Shown in pieces: positions 40,708 to 49,828 of a stretch of 64,000 bases of DNA (its first letter is position 1; every line of letters begins with the position of its first letter). The notes beneath the pieces are model-generated. The model worked only from the letters and a program-made list of their open reading frames with translations. It had not been told where the DNA came from and searched no databases. The translations under genes were made by a program, and so were the position numbers. Location of the stretch: the NCBI GenBank assembly GCA_003670915.1, contig QWQH01000017.1, positions 7,845 through 71,844 on the forward strand, written 5' to 3'. The DNA is from Planctomycetota bacterium. GTDB lineage: Bacteria; Planctomycetota; Planctomycetia; Pirellulales; UBA1268.

Positions 40708-42747
40708 ATGCATCTGATTCACGTTGGCGGGATTGCCTTAAACCAAACCCCACTCGATTGGGATGGCAATCGTGACCGAATCTTTGAAGCGATGAGCACG
40801 GCTAGGCAGCGTGGATTGAGCGTTGTGTGTCTGCCGGAGTTGTGTATTAGCGGCTACGGCTGCGAAGATGCCTTTGGGTCGCCGGGAGTGCATCGCATGG
40901 CGTGGCGAGTGCTTGAGGAGATTGAGCCGCATACAACGGGATTAGTTGTGGCCCTCGGGCTTCCCGTGCGATTTGAGAGCGGTGTCTATGACTCCGTAGC
41001 GCTGGTGGCCGATGGCCATCTGGCTGGGCTTGTAGCCAAGCAGCATCTGGCGGGCGAAGGCATTCACTATGAGCCACGCTGGTTTCGACCGTGGCCAAAG
41101 GGGCGGCGTGCGGAGTTGGCGATCAGCGCGAGTCCGGGGATTCGTGAGCGAGTGGTGCCGATCGGCGATCTGCGATTTGATTGTGGGGGTATTCGGATCG
41201 GGTTTGAGATTTGTGAGGATGCCTGGGCGGCCGATCGTCCGGGGGCAAGCCTCGCCGCCAGAGGCGTGGATATCATTCTCAATCCATCCGCGAGCCATTT
41301 TGCCTTTGACAAGGACGCCATTCGACAGCGATTTGTGCTGGAGGGCTCGCGGGCTTTCTGTGCGACGTACGTCTATGCGAATTTGCTTGGCAACGAGGCC
41401 GGTCGTGCCATCTACGACGGCGGGGTGCTCATCGCTACCGGTGGAAGGATGGTGGCCGCTGGCAGGCGGTTTGGCTTTGGCGACCAGCTATGCACAAGCG
41501 CTGTGGTTGATATTGATGCCCTGCGGCAGTCGCAGTCACGGCTTGTACCCGTGGCTGTTGCACCGGCACAAGCCACCGACTGCATTCCTGTGGCGTGTGT
41601 GTTCCCATCGCTTTTGCCGAGCCACAGTGCACAAGGACAGGCGGGCCGCGACAGGTGGGAGCGAGGCGACTGCGTTCAGGAGGAGGAATTTGCTCGAGCC
41701 GTGTCACTGGGGCTTTTCGACTCACTGCGGAAGAGTTGCTCGGGTGGGTTTGTGGTATCGACCAGCGGTGGTTGTGACTCGTCGGCGGTGGCCTGTTTGA
41801 TTGCAATTGGCATGCGACTGGCATCCTTAGAGATGCCCGTCACCGAGGTGGCTCAGCGATTAGGACTGCAGTTAAGGAGTCCATCGATGGAGTCGCTCCT
41901 TCACGCAGTGCTCGTGTGCGTGTACCAAGCGACGGCCAACTCCGGGCCCGTAACTCGCCGGGCAGCCGAGGAACTGGCCCATGCACTCGGGGCGGAGTTT
42001 CACGCATTTGATGTTGAAGAAATTGTGCGACGCTACGAACAAATTGTCTCGCACGCAATTGGTCGGCCACTGACATGGGCCGAAGACGACGTAGCCTTGC
42101 AGAACATTCAAGCCCGCGTGCGATCCCCAGGCGTGTGGATGTTGGCCAACCTGCGCAACGCTCTGCTTATTTCCACGAGCAATCGCTCTGAAGTAGCAGT
42201 AGGCTACGCCACCATGGATGGCGACACCTCCGGAGGGATCGCGCCACTCGCCGGTATCGACAAGGCGTATTTGCGACGCTGGCTTCGCTGGCTGGAGACG
42301 ATTGGTCCTGAGGGAGTCGGGCCGATTCCGGCGCTCTCGGTGGTCAATGCACAGGCACCGACAGCCGAACTGCGACCAGACGCCGCTGGCCAGACGGATG
42401 AAGCAGATCTCATGCCCTACGACGTGCTTGATGCAGTTGAACGCTTTGCGGTTCGCGACAAGCAGACGCCGCTGGAAGCATGGCAGCGTTTGAGAGTTGA
42501 TTTCCCCCAGCACACCCCCAAGCAACTCGCGGTGTGGACGGAGCGATTTTTCAGGCTATGGAGCCGGAATCAGTGGAAACGCGAGCGTTATGCCCCATCG
42601 TTCCACGTGGACGACGAGAACCTCGACCCAAAAACATGGTGTCGATTCCCAATCCTCTCCGGGGGTTTTGCGCGCGAACTCGCCGAGTTGCGGGCGGCAG
42701 CGACTGCACCTGTGGAAGGCTTCGGCACTCCTGCAGTCGACTCCTGA
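40708..42747 (+). CDS. nadE: Glutamine-dependent NAD+ synthetase
   Basis: Nitrilase domain E-K-C (PELCISGY, AKQHL, ICED); SGGCDSS; QNIQARVR; NRSE..VGY.TMDGD; PTAELRP...QTDE. Confidence 0.95.
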   Translation: MHLIHVGGIALNQTPLDWDGNRDRIFEAMSTARQRGLSVVCLPELCISGYGCEDAFGSPGVHRMAWRVLEEIEPHTTGLVVALGLPVRFESGVYDSVALVADGHLAGLVAKQHLAGEGIHYEPRWFRPWPKGRRAELAISASPGIRERVVPIGDLRFDCGGIRIGFEICEDAWAADRPGASLAARGVDIILNPSASHFAFDKDAIRQRFVLEGSRAFCATYVYANLLGNEAGRAIYDGGVLIATGGRMVAAGRRFGFGDQLCTSAVVDIDALRQSQSRLVPVAVAPAQATDCIPVACVFPSLLPSHSAQGQAGRDRWERGDCVQEEEFARAVSLGLFDSLRKSCSGGFVVSTSGGCDSSAVACLIAIGMRLASLEMPVTEVAQRLGLQLRSPSMESLLHAVLVCVYQATANSGPVTRRAAEELAHALGAEFHAFDVEEIVRRYEQIVSHAIGRPLTWAEDDVALQNIQARVRSPGVWMLANLRNALLISTSNRSEVAVGYATMDGDTSGGIAPLAGIDKAYLRRWLRWLETIGPEGVGPIPALSVVNAQAPTAELRPDAAGQTDEADLMPYDVLDAVERFAVRDKQTPLEAWQRLRVDFPQHTPKQLAVWTERFFRLWSRNQWKRERYAPSFHVDDENLDPKTWCRFPILSGGFARELAELRAAATAPVEGFGTPAVDS

Positions 42748-42764
42748 CAGCAAGGCGTGGCCGA

Positions 42765-43757
42765 TCAGCCTGCCACGACTGCCTCCAGTGGCTCACCTTG
42801 CTGGAAGTGCATGAGATTACGCACAGTCTGTGTGGCGATTGCATCCATCGCGTTTTTTGTGAAGAAGGCTTGGTGCGCCGTGACGACAACATTCGGGAAC
42901 GTGAGCAGTCGCATGAACATATCGTCTTGGATCACAGAGCTACTTCGATCGTCGAAGAAGAGATCGGCTTCCTCCTCGTAGACATCCAGCCCAAGGTGGC
43001 CAATCTGGCCGCTTTTCAGCGATTGGATAACGGAAGCTGTGTCAATGAGTCCGCCGCGGCTGGTGTTGATGAGCATCACGCCATGCTGCATACAAGCGAT
43101 CCGCTCGGCATTGATCATATGGTAGGTAGCCGGCGTGAGTGGGCAGTGGAGCGTCACGATATGAGACTCCGCTAGAAGCTGTCCAAGCGGCACGGAGGCA
43201 ACGCCCCTGGCCCCAAGGGTTGCATCGGGGTGTGGATCGTGGGCCAGAATGCGACAGCCAAATCCAAGGAAGATCTCAGCCACACAACGGCCGATGCGGC
43301 CCATGCCAATGACGCCCACGGTGCGGCCAAAGAGATCAAATCCAAGAAGTCCTTCGAGCGCAAAGTTGCCGTCGCGAACCCGGTTCAATGCTTTATGGAG
43401 ATTGCGGTTGAGTGTCAGCACCAAAGCGACGGTATGCTCTGCCACCGCATGGGGCGAATACTCGGGCACCCGTACGATCGGGATCGAAAGTCTAGCAGCT
43501 GCGGCACAGTCGACTTGATTGAATCCGGCACATCGCAGCGTGACGAGCTTGATGCCTAGTTGCGACAGTTGGTCCAGTGTCGCGGCATCGAGTTGATCGT
43601 TCACAAAACAGCTCACCGCCATTGCCCCCGCTGCGAGCGACGCCGTGTCGGCCCCCAGATGCGCCTCGTGCCATCGCCACTCAATGCCAGTGCCTCTCGA
43701 CGCGGCGAGCAGAGCGTCTCGGTCGTAGGGTTTGGTTGAAAATACAGCAACGAGCAT
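42765..43757 (-). CDS. ldhA: D-lactate/2-hydroxyacid dehydrogenase
   Basis: FVND; LRCAGFNQVD; RVPEYSPHAVAEH; GMGRIG; INTSRG; DVYEEE; TAHQAF. Confidence 0.93.
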   Translation of the reverse strand: MLVAVFSTKPYDRDALLAASRGTGIEWRWHEAHLGADTASLAAGAMAVSCFVNDQLDAATLDQLSQLGIKLVTLRCAGFNQVDCAAAARLSIPIVRVPEYSPHAVAEHTVALVLTLNRNLHKALNRVRDGNFALEGLLGFDLFGRTVGVIGMGRIGRCVAEIFLGFGCRILAHDPHPDATLGARGVASVPLGQLLAESHIVTLHCPLTPATYHMINAERIACMQHGVMLINTSRGGLIDTASVIQSLKSGQIGHLGLDVYEEEADLFFDDRSSSVIQDDMFMRLLTFPNVVVTAHQAFFTKNAMDAIATQTVRNLMHFQQGEPLEAVVAG

Positions 43758-43981
43758 GGGTTCTTCTCCTGGTTGGTGGGGCTGTATGGCAGTGCGGATG
43801 CCACACGCGGTCGGAGAGACCTTGGCACAAAGTCCCAGCCAGAAGTCTATTGCAATATATAGGCTGCGTCTTTTGCGGTATTTCTGGCTTCTCCAGAAGT
43901 CAGAAAACGGCCTCGCTCTCGAGTGGCGACAGTGCTACAGTTCCGCTGTCACTTTCCGGAGTCCAACACGTGCCACACAGC

Positions 43982-44893
43982 ATGTATTTAAGCGATCAAC
44001 TGCGATGGTCCACGGCACGCATCCTGGCCGCGGGCGTGCTGCTTCTATCCTGCGTCCTGACATCCCCCAGCGATGCGCAGTCAGTTGTGCCGGCGCAGCC
44101 AGCGATGGCACTCTCGCCGGAGGCGGCCGCAGCACTCGAACGGTTGCTGGCTGCGTGGGAGACTCGCAACGCATCCGTCACAACGTGGTCGTGTGGATTC
44201 TATAAGTGGGAGTACAACGCTTGGAGTCCAGCCGATACCGCTGGTGAACGGCTGGCATTCTCGGAGAGCACGGGCGAAATTAAGTATGCTGCCCCAGACA
44301 AGGGCCTCTTTCGCGTGAAGGAATCAAAGCAGTGGAATGGGGAGAACAAGCGGTACGAAACGCGGGTTGGTGAAGCCGGGGAACACTGGGTCTGCAATGG
44401 CACCAGCATTTATGAATTCCGGCATAGCGAGCGACAACTCCGCGAGACAAAGCTGCCCCCGGAAATGCAAGGCAAGGCCATCAGTGATGGACCTCTGCCT
44501 TTTGTCTTTGGTGCAAAGGCCGAGACGCTCAAAAAACGCTATAGGATGCGGATCATCACGCCGCCCGGTGTAGCCGACCAGATCTGGCTCGAGGCACAGC
44601 CTCGGCTGCAAGCAGACGGAGCGAACTTTTCCAAAGTGGAGTTGATTCTGCAAGCACGCGATCTCATGCCATTTGCCATGCAAATCTATAAGCCTGGCGG
44701 ACAGGATCGCGACGTCTATCAGTTCGACCCCCGTACGAATCTCATTGATAAGGGGCTCGATATGATTCGCGACTTCTCGAGACCGATGACACCGCTGGGG
44801 TATACATTTATTCTCGAGGACATGTCGGCCCCACCAGCACCAACCGCATCGCAGCAGCCCACCGGCCCGCCGCCCTTGCCTCGTGCTGGTTAA
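43982..44893 (+). CDS. Exported LolA-like protein, probably planctomycete TIGR03009 family
   Basis: Signal peptide; LLAAWE; GEIKYAAPDKG; EHWVCNG; LPPEMQG..I.DGPLPFVFG.KAE.LKKRY. Start uncertain. Confidence 0.75.
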   Translation: MYLSDQLRWSTARILAAGVLLLSCVLTSPSDAQSVVPAQPAMALSPEAAAALERLLAAWETRNASVTTWSCGFYKWEYNAWSPADTAGERLAFSESTGEIKYAAPDKGLFRVKESKQWNGENKRYETRVGEAGEHWVCNGTSIYEFRHSERQLRETKLPPEMQGKAISDGPLPFVFGAKAETLKKRYRMRIITPPGVADQIWLEAQPRLQADGANFSKVELILQARDLMPFAMQIYKPGGQDRDVYQFDPRTNLIDKGLDMIRDFSRPMTPLGYTFILEDMSAPPAPTASQQPTGPPPLPRAG

Positions 44894-45085
44894 GCGGTTC
44901 GACCTCTCAGCCAACGGGCGGTTCCTCGCTCCGCGGCATCACCCCACGGGGGCACGTTTTCTTCGCCTTCTTGACCGAGAGTCACCGTTTCATCGACCCA
45001 TGTACCTATGCAAAATGGGGTGGGTGTGTTCCGTTTGTGATGCGTTATACTAAAGCCGGTTTCCGTCACCCGCTGCGAGATTGCG

Positions 45086-45610
45086 ATGGCGCTCGTCGAC
45101 CCTGCTCATCCATTGGGCCAATTACTGATTCGCGATCAACGATATAGGCTGGATGCCTATCTCTTTGTGTTAGAAGCGCTGACCTTTGCGCATGACACGC
45201 TGGGGCTTGGAGAGGAGCCTCCTCTTGAAGACATCGAACCCACTCGAGGTGGGCAGACGCCGTCGAACGAAAAGCCAACCGCTGCCGGCAAGTCACTCCC
45301 AGGCAAGCCGCTGGCTCGCAAATCCAGACGGAAGCCGATTGAGCGGCATCTCACGGGGCAACAACTCTGCGAAGCAGCCAAGCAGTACGCACTGCAGCAA
45401 TATGGCTATCTCGCCCGCATAGTGCTCGGTACCTGGGGCGTTCACAGCACCGCTGATCTGGGAGAGATCGTCTTCAACATGATTGAGATCGGGCAGATGC
45501 GCAAGACCCGCAGAGATAAGCGGGAGGACTTCCATAACGTCTACGACTTTCAGGAAGCGTTTGTGCACGGACTGTCGTTTGTGGTTCCAGAGAGTGTCTC
45601 AAGTGGGTGA
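45086..45610 (+). CDS. Minf_1886-like (Verrucomicrobia/Planctomycetes-restricted) protein
   Basis: D.RY..DAY.FV.EAL; HLTGQQLC; YGYLA..VL..WG..ST.D.GEIVFNMI; D..EDF..VYDF. Confidence 0.82.
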   Translation: MALVDPAHPLGQLLIRDQRYRLDAYLFVLEALTFAHDTLGLGEEPPLEDIEPTRGGQTPSNEKPTAAGKSLPGKPLARKSRRKPIERHLTGQQLCEAAKQYALQQYGYLARIVLGTWGVHSTADLGEIVFNMIEIGQMRKTRRDKREDFHNVYDFQEAFVHGLSFVVPESVSSG

Positions 45611-45797
45611 CGATCCGTCCGCGGGATCTCAATCGGCGTTAGAATTGGGCCGCGAGTGGCTGTGGTTTGTCGCTGTGTTGTCATTGGAAATGAGCTGGCT
45701 CTTCTTTTTGTTCTGGCTCGTGCTTAGGCGGTAGCAGGCTCGACTGAAAAAGATGTAGACGAGCATCCAAAAAGTGGCAGAGAGAAATGATTCACGA

Positions 45798-46490
45798 ATG
45801 ATACGTATGTTTCCCGATCCGTTGCCGGCGTGGATTGCCTTGGTGCCGCTGGGCCTCTACCTGCTGGGTTTGGGCTGGGCGCATCTGCGTCGCAGGCCGC
45901 TTGTAGTGTCGGGAATGTGGGATGGGATTCTGCTCGGTTCGAGTGTGGCCGGGTTGGCATTGGTAGGGCCGCTGGCTCTCATGCGTCCTGCTGCAGGCAA
46001 CTCACTTTGGAGTTGGCCGATCGTACTGCTGCTATTTGGACTCTTGATTTCGCTGTGCGTTCTCGTGTCTCGACCAAGGGTCGTTGTGTACAATATCACG
46101 GTCGATCAACTGCGGCCGCTGGTGGCTGAAATTGTTTCGTCGCTGGATCCGGCGGCACGATGGGCTGGCGAGAGTGCAGGGCTCCCGACTCGCGGTCTTC
46201 AACTTCAGATTGATGGCAACGGATCGATGCGAAGCGTGAGCGTGGTGGCTGTGGGCGAACGCATGTCGGTTGAAAGCTGGAGCGAATTCAGCCGGCGACT
46301 TCGGCAGTCTGTTCCAAAACTTCGCGTTCGATCAAGCCCATGGGGGCCTGTTTTTGCGGCCATCGGTGCGGTGCTCATTGCGGCTGCCGCTTGGGATGCT
46401 TATCAGACGCTCGCCCAATCGTCCCAGAATGATCCACACAATCTTCCGAGAGATTCCGATGATGGTGCACGTCGATTTGTCGGCGCATGA
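45798..46490 (+). CDS. Hypothetical membrane protein
   Basis: About 4 hydrophobic segments; RRRPLVVSG, RPRVVVYN. Overlaps the pckA start by 32 nt. Confidence 0.75.
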   Translation: MIRMFPDPLPAWIALVPLGLYLLGLGWAHLRRRPLVVSGMWDGILLGSSVAGLALVGPLALMRPAAGNSLWSWPIVLLLFGLLISLCVLVSRPRVVVYNITVDQLRPLVAEIVSSLDPAARWAGESAGLPTRGLQLQIDGNGSMRSVSVVAVGERMSVESWSEFSRRLRQSVPKLRVRSSPWGPVFAAIGAVLIAAAAWDAYQTLAQSSQNDPHNLPRDSDDGARRFVGA

Positions 46491-48087
46491 GATCAATGGT
46501 CCCGTTGTAGTGCGCAATGCCCCCCCGGCCCGCCTCTACGAAGATGCAGTCACTCGCGAGCGGGCAGGAATTGTTTCGAGCGGAGCAATCGCGATTTGTT
46601 CGGGCACAAAAACTGGCCGTAGTCCAAATGACAAGCATGTAGTGTGTCATCCGGATTCTCAGCAGGATGTGTGGTGGGGGCCTGTCAATCACCCGATTGA
46701 TGAGCACACATTTCTCCTCAACCGTCAGCGGGCAATCGACTACCTCAATACGCGCGACCAGGTCTATGTGTGCGACGGATTTGCTGGCTGGGACCCGCGG
46801 TGTCGGCTCAAGATTCGCGTCATATGTGCCCGTGCCTACCATGCTCTCTACATGCACAACATGCTCATTCGGCCTTCGGCCGATGAGTTGGAGCGGTTTG
46901 GCTCGCCCGATTATGTGATTTATAACGCAGGTCAGTTTCCTGCGAATTCGCTCACAGCCCAGATGACAAGTCGCACGAGCATTGATCTCTCGCTCGAACG
47001 CCGCGAGCAGGTAATCCTTGGCACGGAATATGCTGGCGAGATGAAGAAAGGCGTGTTCACAATCATGCACTGGCTGCTGCCTTCGCTCGGCGTGCTTTCG
47101 ATGCATTGTGCCGCGAATGAGTGGGCCTCGAATGAAGGCGTTGCCACGGAATCACTCGGTGGGCAGGCAGGCGATGTGTCGCTCTTTTTTGGTCTTTCCG
47201 GAACGGGAAAAACAACGCTCTCGGCCGATCCATTGCGTCGGCTCATCGGTGATGACGAACACGGGTGGAGTGATACAGGCGTTTTTAACATCGAAGGTGG
47301 CTGTTATGCAAAGTGCATCCATCTTTCGGCCCGGAAGGAGCCCGAGATCTATGCAGCAATTCGCTTTGGTACTGTTCTGGAGAATGTCGCCTACGACTCG
47401 ACCACGCGCCTCGTTGACTTTGAGTCAGGCGAGATCACCGAAAACACGCGAGCGGCCTACCCGATCGACTATATTCAGAATGCTCAAGTGCCGTGCGTTG
47501 CAGGCCATCCGCGGCACGTGATTTTTCTCACATGCGATGCCTCCGGTGTGCTACCGCCGGTGAGCCGACTGTCTCACGAGCAGGCGATGTATCACTTTCT
47601 TTCGGGCTACACGGCCCGCGTGGCTGGCACGGAGGTGGGTGTGGTCGAACCACAGGTGGCGTTTTCGGCCTGTTTTAGCGCTGCTTTTCTGGTGCGACAC
47701 CCCACCGTATATGCACAACTCTTGGCTGATAAACTCAAGCGACACGGCGCGCAGGCGTGGCTTGTGAACACAGGTTGGACCGGAGGCGCTTACGGTCAGG
47801 GACGGCGGATCGATTTAGCCGTGACCCGTCGAATTATTGATGCCATCCACTCATCGTCGCTTGATGCAGCAACCGTTGTGCGGGATTCAGTGTTTGGGCT
47901 TGATGCCGTGACGCATGTACAAGGTGTAGACGATCGCGTGCTTGTGCCACATCTGGCATGGGCCGACCGAGTGGCATGGGAACGTGCGGCTCGCGTGTTG
48001 GCTGAAAAATTTCGAGCTAACTTTGCGCCCTATGCTGAGCAGGCTGGCCCGGCAGTCGTGGCGGCTGGGCCGACGGCTGTAGCTTGA
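46459..48087 (+). CDS. pckA: Phosphoenolpyruvate carboxykinase (ATP)
   Basis: TGRSPNDK; YAGEMKKG; MHC; FGLSGTGKTTLS; IGDDEHGW; NIEGGCYAK; NTRAAYP; VNTGW. Confidence 0.97.
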   Translation: MMVHVDLSAHEINGPVVVRNAPPARLYEDAVTRERAGIVSSGAIAICSGTKTGRSPNDKHVVCHPDSQQDVWWGPVNHPIDEHTFLLNRQRAIDYLNTRDQVYVCDGFAGWDPRCRLKIRVICARAYHALYMHNMLIRPSADELERFGSPDYVIYNAGQFPANSLTAQMTSRTSIDLSLERREQVILGTEYAGEMKKGVFTIMHWLLPSLGVLSMHCAANEWASNEGVATESLGGQAGDVSLFFGLSGTGKTTLSADPLRRLIGDDEHGWSDTGVFNIEGGCYAKCIHLSARKEPEIYAAIRFGTVLENVAYDSTTRLVDFESGEITENTRAAYPIDYIQNAQVPCVAGHPRHVIFLTCDASGVLPPVSRLSHEQAMYHFLSGYTARVAGTEVGVVEPQVAFSACFSAAFLVRHPTVYAQLLADKLKRHGAQAWLVNTGWTGGAYGQGRRIDLAVTRRIIDAIHSSSLDAATVVRDSVFGLDAVTHVQGVDDRVLVPHLAWADRVAWERAARVLAEKFRANFAPYAEQAGPAVVAAGPTAVA

Positions 48088-48983
48088 GTAGATGTCGAGA
48101 AAAGCGGGCCCAGAAATAAGAGATAATAGGCCGTAATCAGCCATTGAAAGAGCTGCACATTCATCGTCCATTCAAGGCCAGCGTGAAACACAATGCCGAC
48201 GAGGAGTACGGGCATTCGCAGCGATGGAATCCAGATTAAAAATGGAAAGCCGAGTTCAAATAAGAGCGTCCCGTGTGTCATGAGTTGTGACACGATCGGT
48301 GTCATCACCCAGTCGGGGATCGGAAATCGCTGGAACTCGCCCAACTGCAGCACCGTTCCAACCGCTGTGCCGGATTGCCACGCCACTCCCGTTGCTTTCC
48401 ATATGCCCGCAACAAAATAGGCCACGCACAGTTGGAGTTGCAAAATGCGCTGCGGCCAAGCCGGGATATGCCGAAACGGCTTGAGCCCGACTCCCGCCCG
48501 TCGGGTGGCAATCCAGCGACGCAGCGTGAACGCCTCACCGGAATGTGCAAACATCAGAAAAAAACAGCCGATCCGAATGAGGTTGTCGCCGGAGTGAAGA
48601 ATATTCATGTTGCGCCAGGAAAAACTGCTGACGGCCAGCCACATGGCACACGCCGAGACCCGAGGAAAGAACCCCGCGAGAAGGCCGAGGCCGCCGGCGA
48701 GTCCACACCATCGAATGAGTGTGATCGTCCCATCGTTATAGCCCGTAAACATATAGAGATTGAATCGGGTGCCATCCTGCAAAAGAAGGTGAGTCTGTGG
48801 CGGAAGAACGCCATCATTGCCCAGCCACATGGGTAGATCATTCCAGAGCAGCAGCAGGTTAACGAGGCACAGGAATCCAAACCAGAATCGAAAGAAAGCG
48901 AGAGGCCGTGGGTCTACGGGTGTGCGAACCCAGTCGTCAAACGCATCCAGAGGCAGCCCTAGCCACCGCACGCACCGAATCAT
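48030..48983 (-). CDS. HTTM-domain membrane protein (SdpB / vitamin K-dependent carboxylase-like TM domain)
   Basis: LAFFRFWFG; RNMNILHSGD; QLQLCVAYFVAGIWK...W..G; FELGFP; G..FH.G....M. The ATG overlaps the upstream stop (ATGA). Confidence 0.85.
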   Translation of the reverse strand: MIRCVRWLGLPLDAFDDWVRTPVDPRPLAFFRFWFGFLCLVNLLLLWNDLPMWLGNDGVLPPQTHLLLQDGTRFNLYMFTGYNDGTITLIRWCGLAGGLGLLAGFFPRVSACAMWLAVSSFSWRNMNILHSGDNLIRIGCFFLMFAHSGEAFTLRRWIATRRAGVGLKPFRHIPAWPQRILQLQLCVAYFVAGIWKATGVAWQSGTAVGTVLQLGEFQRFPIPDWVMTPIVSQLMTHGTLLFELGFPFLIWIPSLRMPVLLVGIVFHAGLEWTMNVQLFQWLITAYYLLFLGPLFSTSTQATAVGPAATTAGPACSA

Positions 48984-49543
48984 CGCGGGCCTCTTTCGGG
49001 GGCAGTCCACCGGTAAAAGACAAAGTGATTCCACGGTCCCCGATACACATCAGCCCGCAGTGCTGCGCTGACGGGAAGCTGAGTCGGTCGCCAGAACCGA
49101 GTGAGTTCGATGGCGACAGGATCATGGCCTTTGGCTTGTAAAGTGCGCAGCCAATATTCAACGAATGGCTTCCAAAGAGTGCGTTCAGCATCGAGTCGGA
49201 GGTGGTCATTACAATATTTGCGCCAGCGTTCTTTTTGCCAGCGAGTGAAGTACGGCATTTCAATCATGTGCGTCAATGGCCAACGGTGTTGTGATCCATT
49301 ACGATCGATAACGAGAATACCGACCCAGATGTCTTCAGACCGTGGCTCGGGAGAGAACATTTCCCACCCCTGCCAGAGATTGAAAAAAATCAATGGCTGA
49401 CCCGTTATCGCATCGAGTGCGCTTTTGCATGGAAACAAATCGGCTGGCATTGACCAACTCAACACGGCGAGGCTGTAGGCAGCCGTGAGCACGGTTGGCC
49501 AGCGGTTGGCAATGGCGAAGCACGCGTGAAAAAACGATAGCAT
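48980..49543 (-). CDS. SdpA/DUF5819-like partner of the HTTM protein
   Basis: N-terminal hydrophobic segment; QGWEMFSPEP; ERWRKY. Translationally coupled to the HTTM gene. Confidence 0.7.
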   Translation of the reverse strand: MLSFFHACFAIANRWPTVLTAAYSLAVLSWSMPADLFPCKSALDAITGQPLIFFNLWQGWEMFSPEPRSEDIWVGILVIDRNGSQHRWPLTHMIEMPYFTRWQKERWRKYCNDHLRLDAERTLWKPFVEYWLRTLQAKGHDPVAIELTRFWRPTQLPVSAALRADVYRGPWNHFVFYRWTAPERGPR

Positions 49544-49828
49544 GGTTGCCACTGCGAAGACGGCACCGCACGTCTGTGGCGGCGTATAAGGGGCAGACGG
49601 AGCACACTAACAGGGCTCCTGCTCACAGTGCAAACGATGTTCTGCTGGGTCCAATACACTCGTTGTGGGCACCGGGTGAGTTGCAAAAATGCTTGAAAAA
49701 AGCCCTTTTTCTTCCAAGGGTTAATTGCATGCTCAATCCACTGCGAAAAAGCCGATTTGAGAGGGAGGGGAAATGAACCAGAAAGGATTTCTGGAAGTGG
49801 TGGGGCGGCGAACAGGATCACAAAGAAT

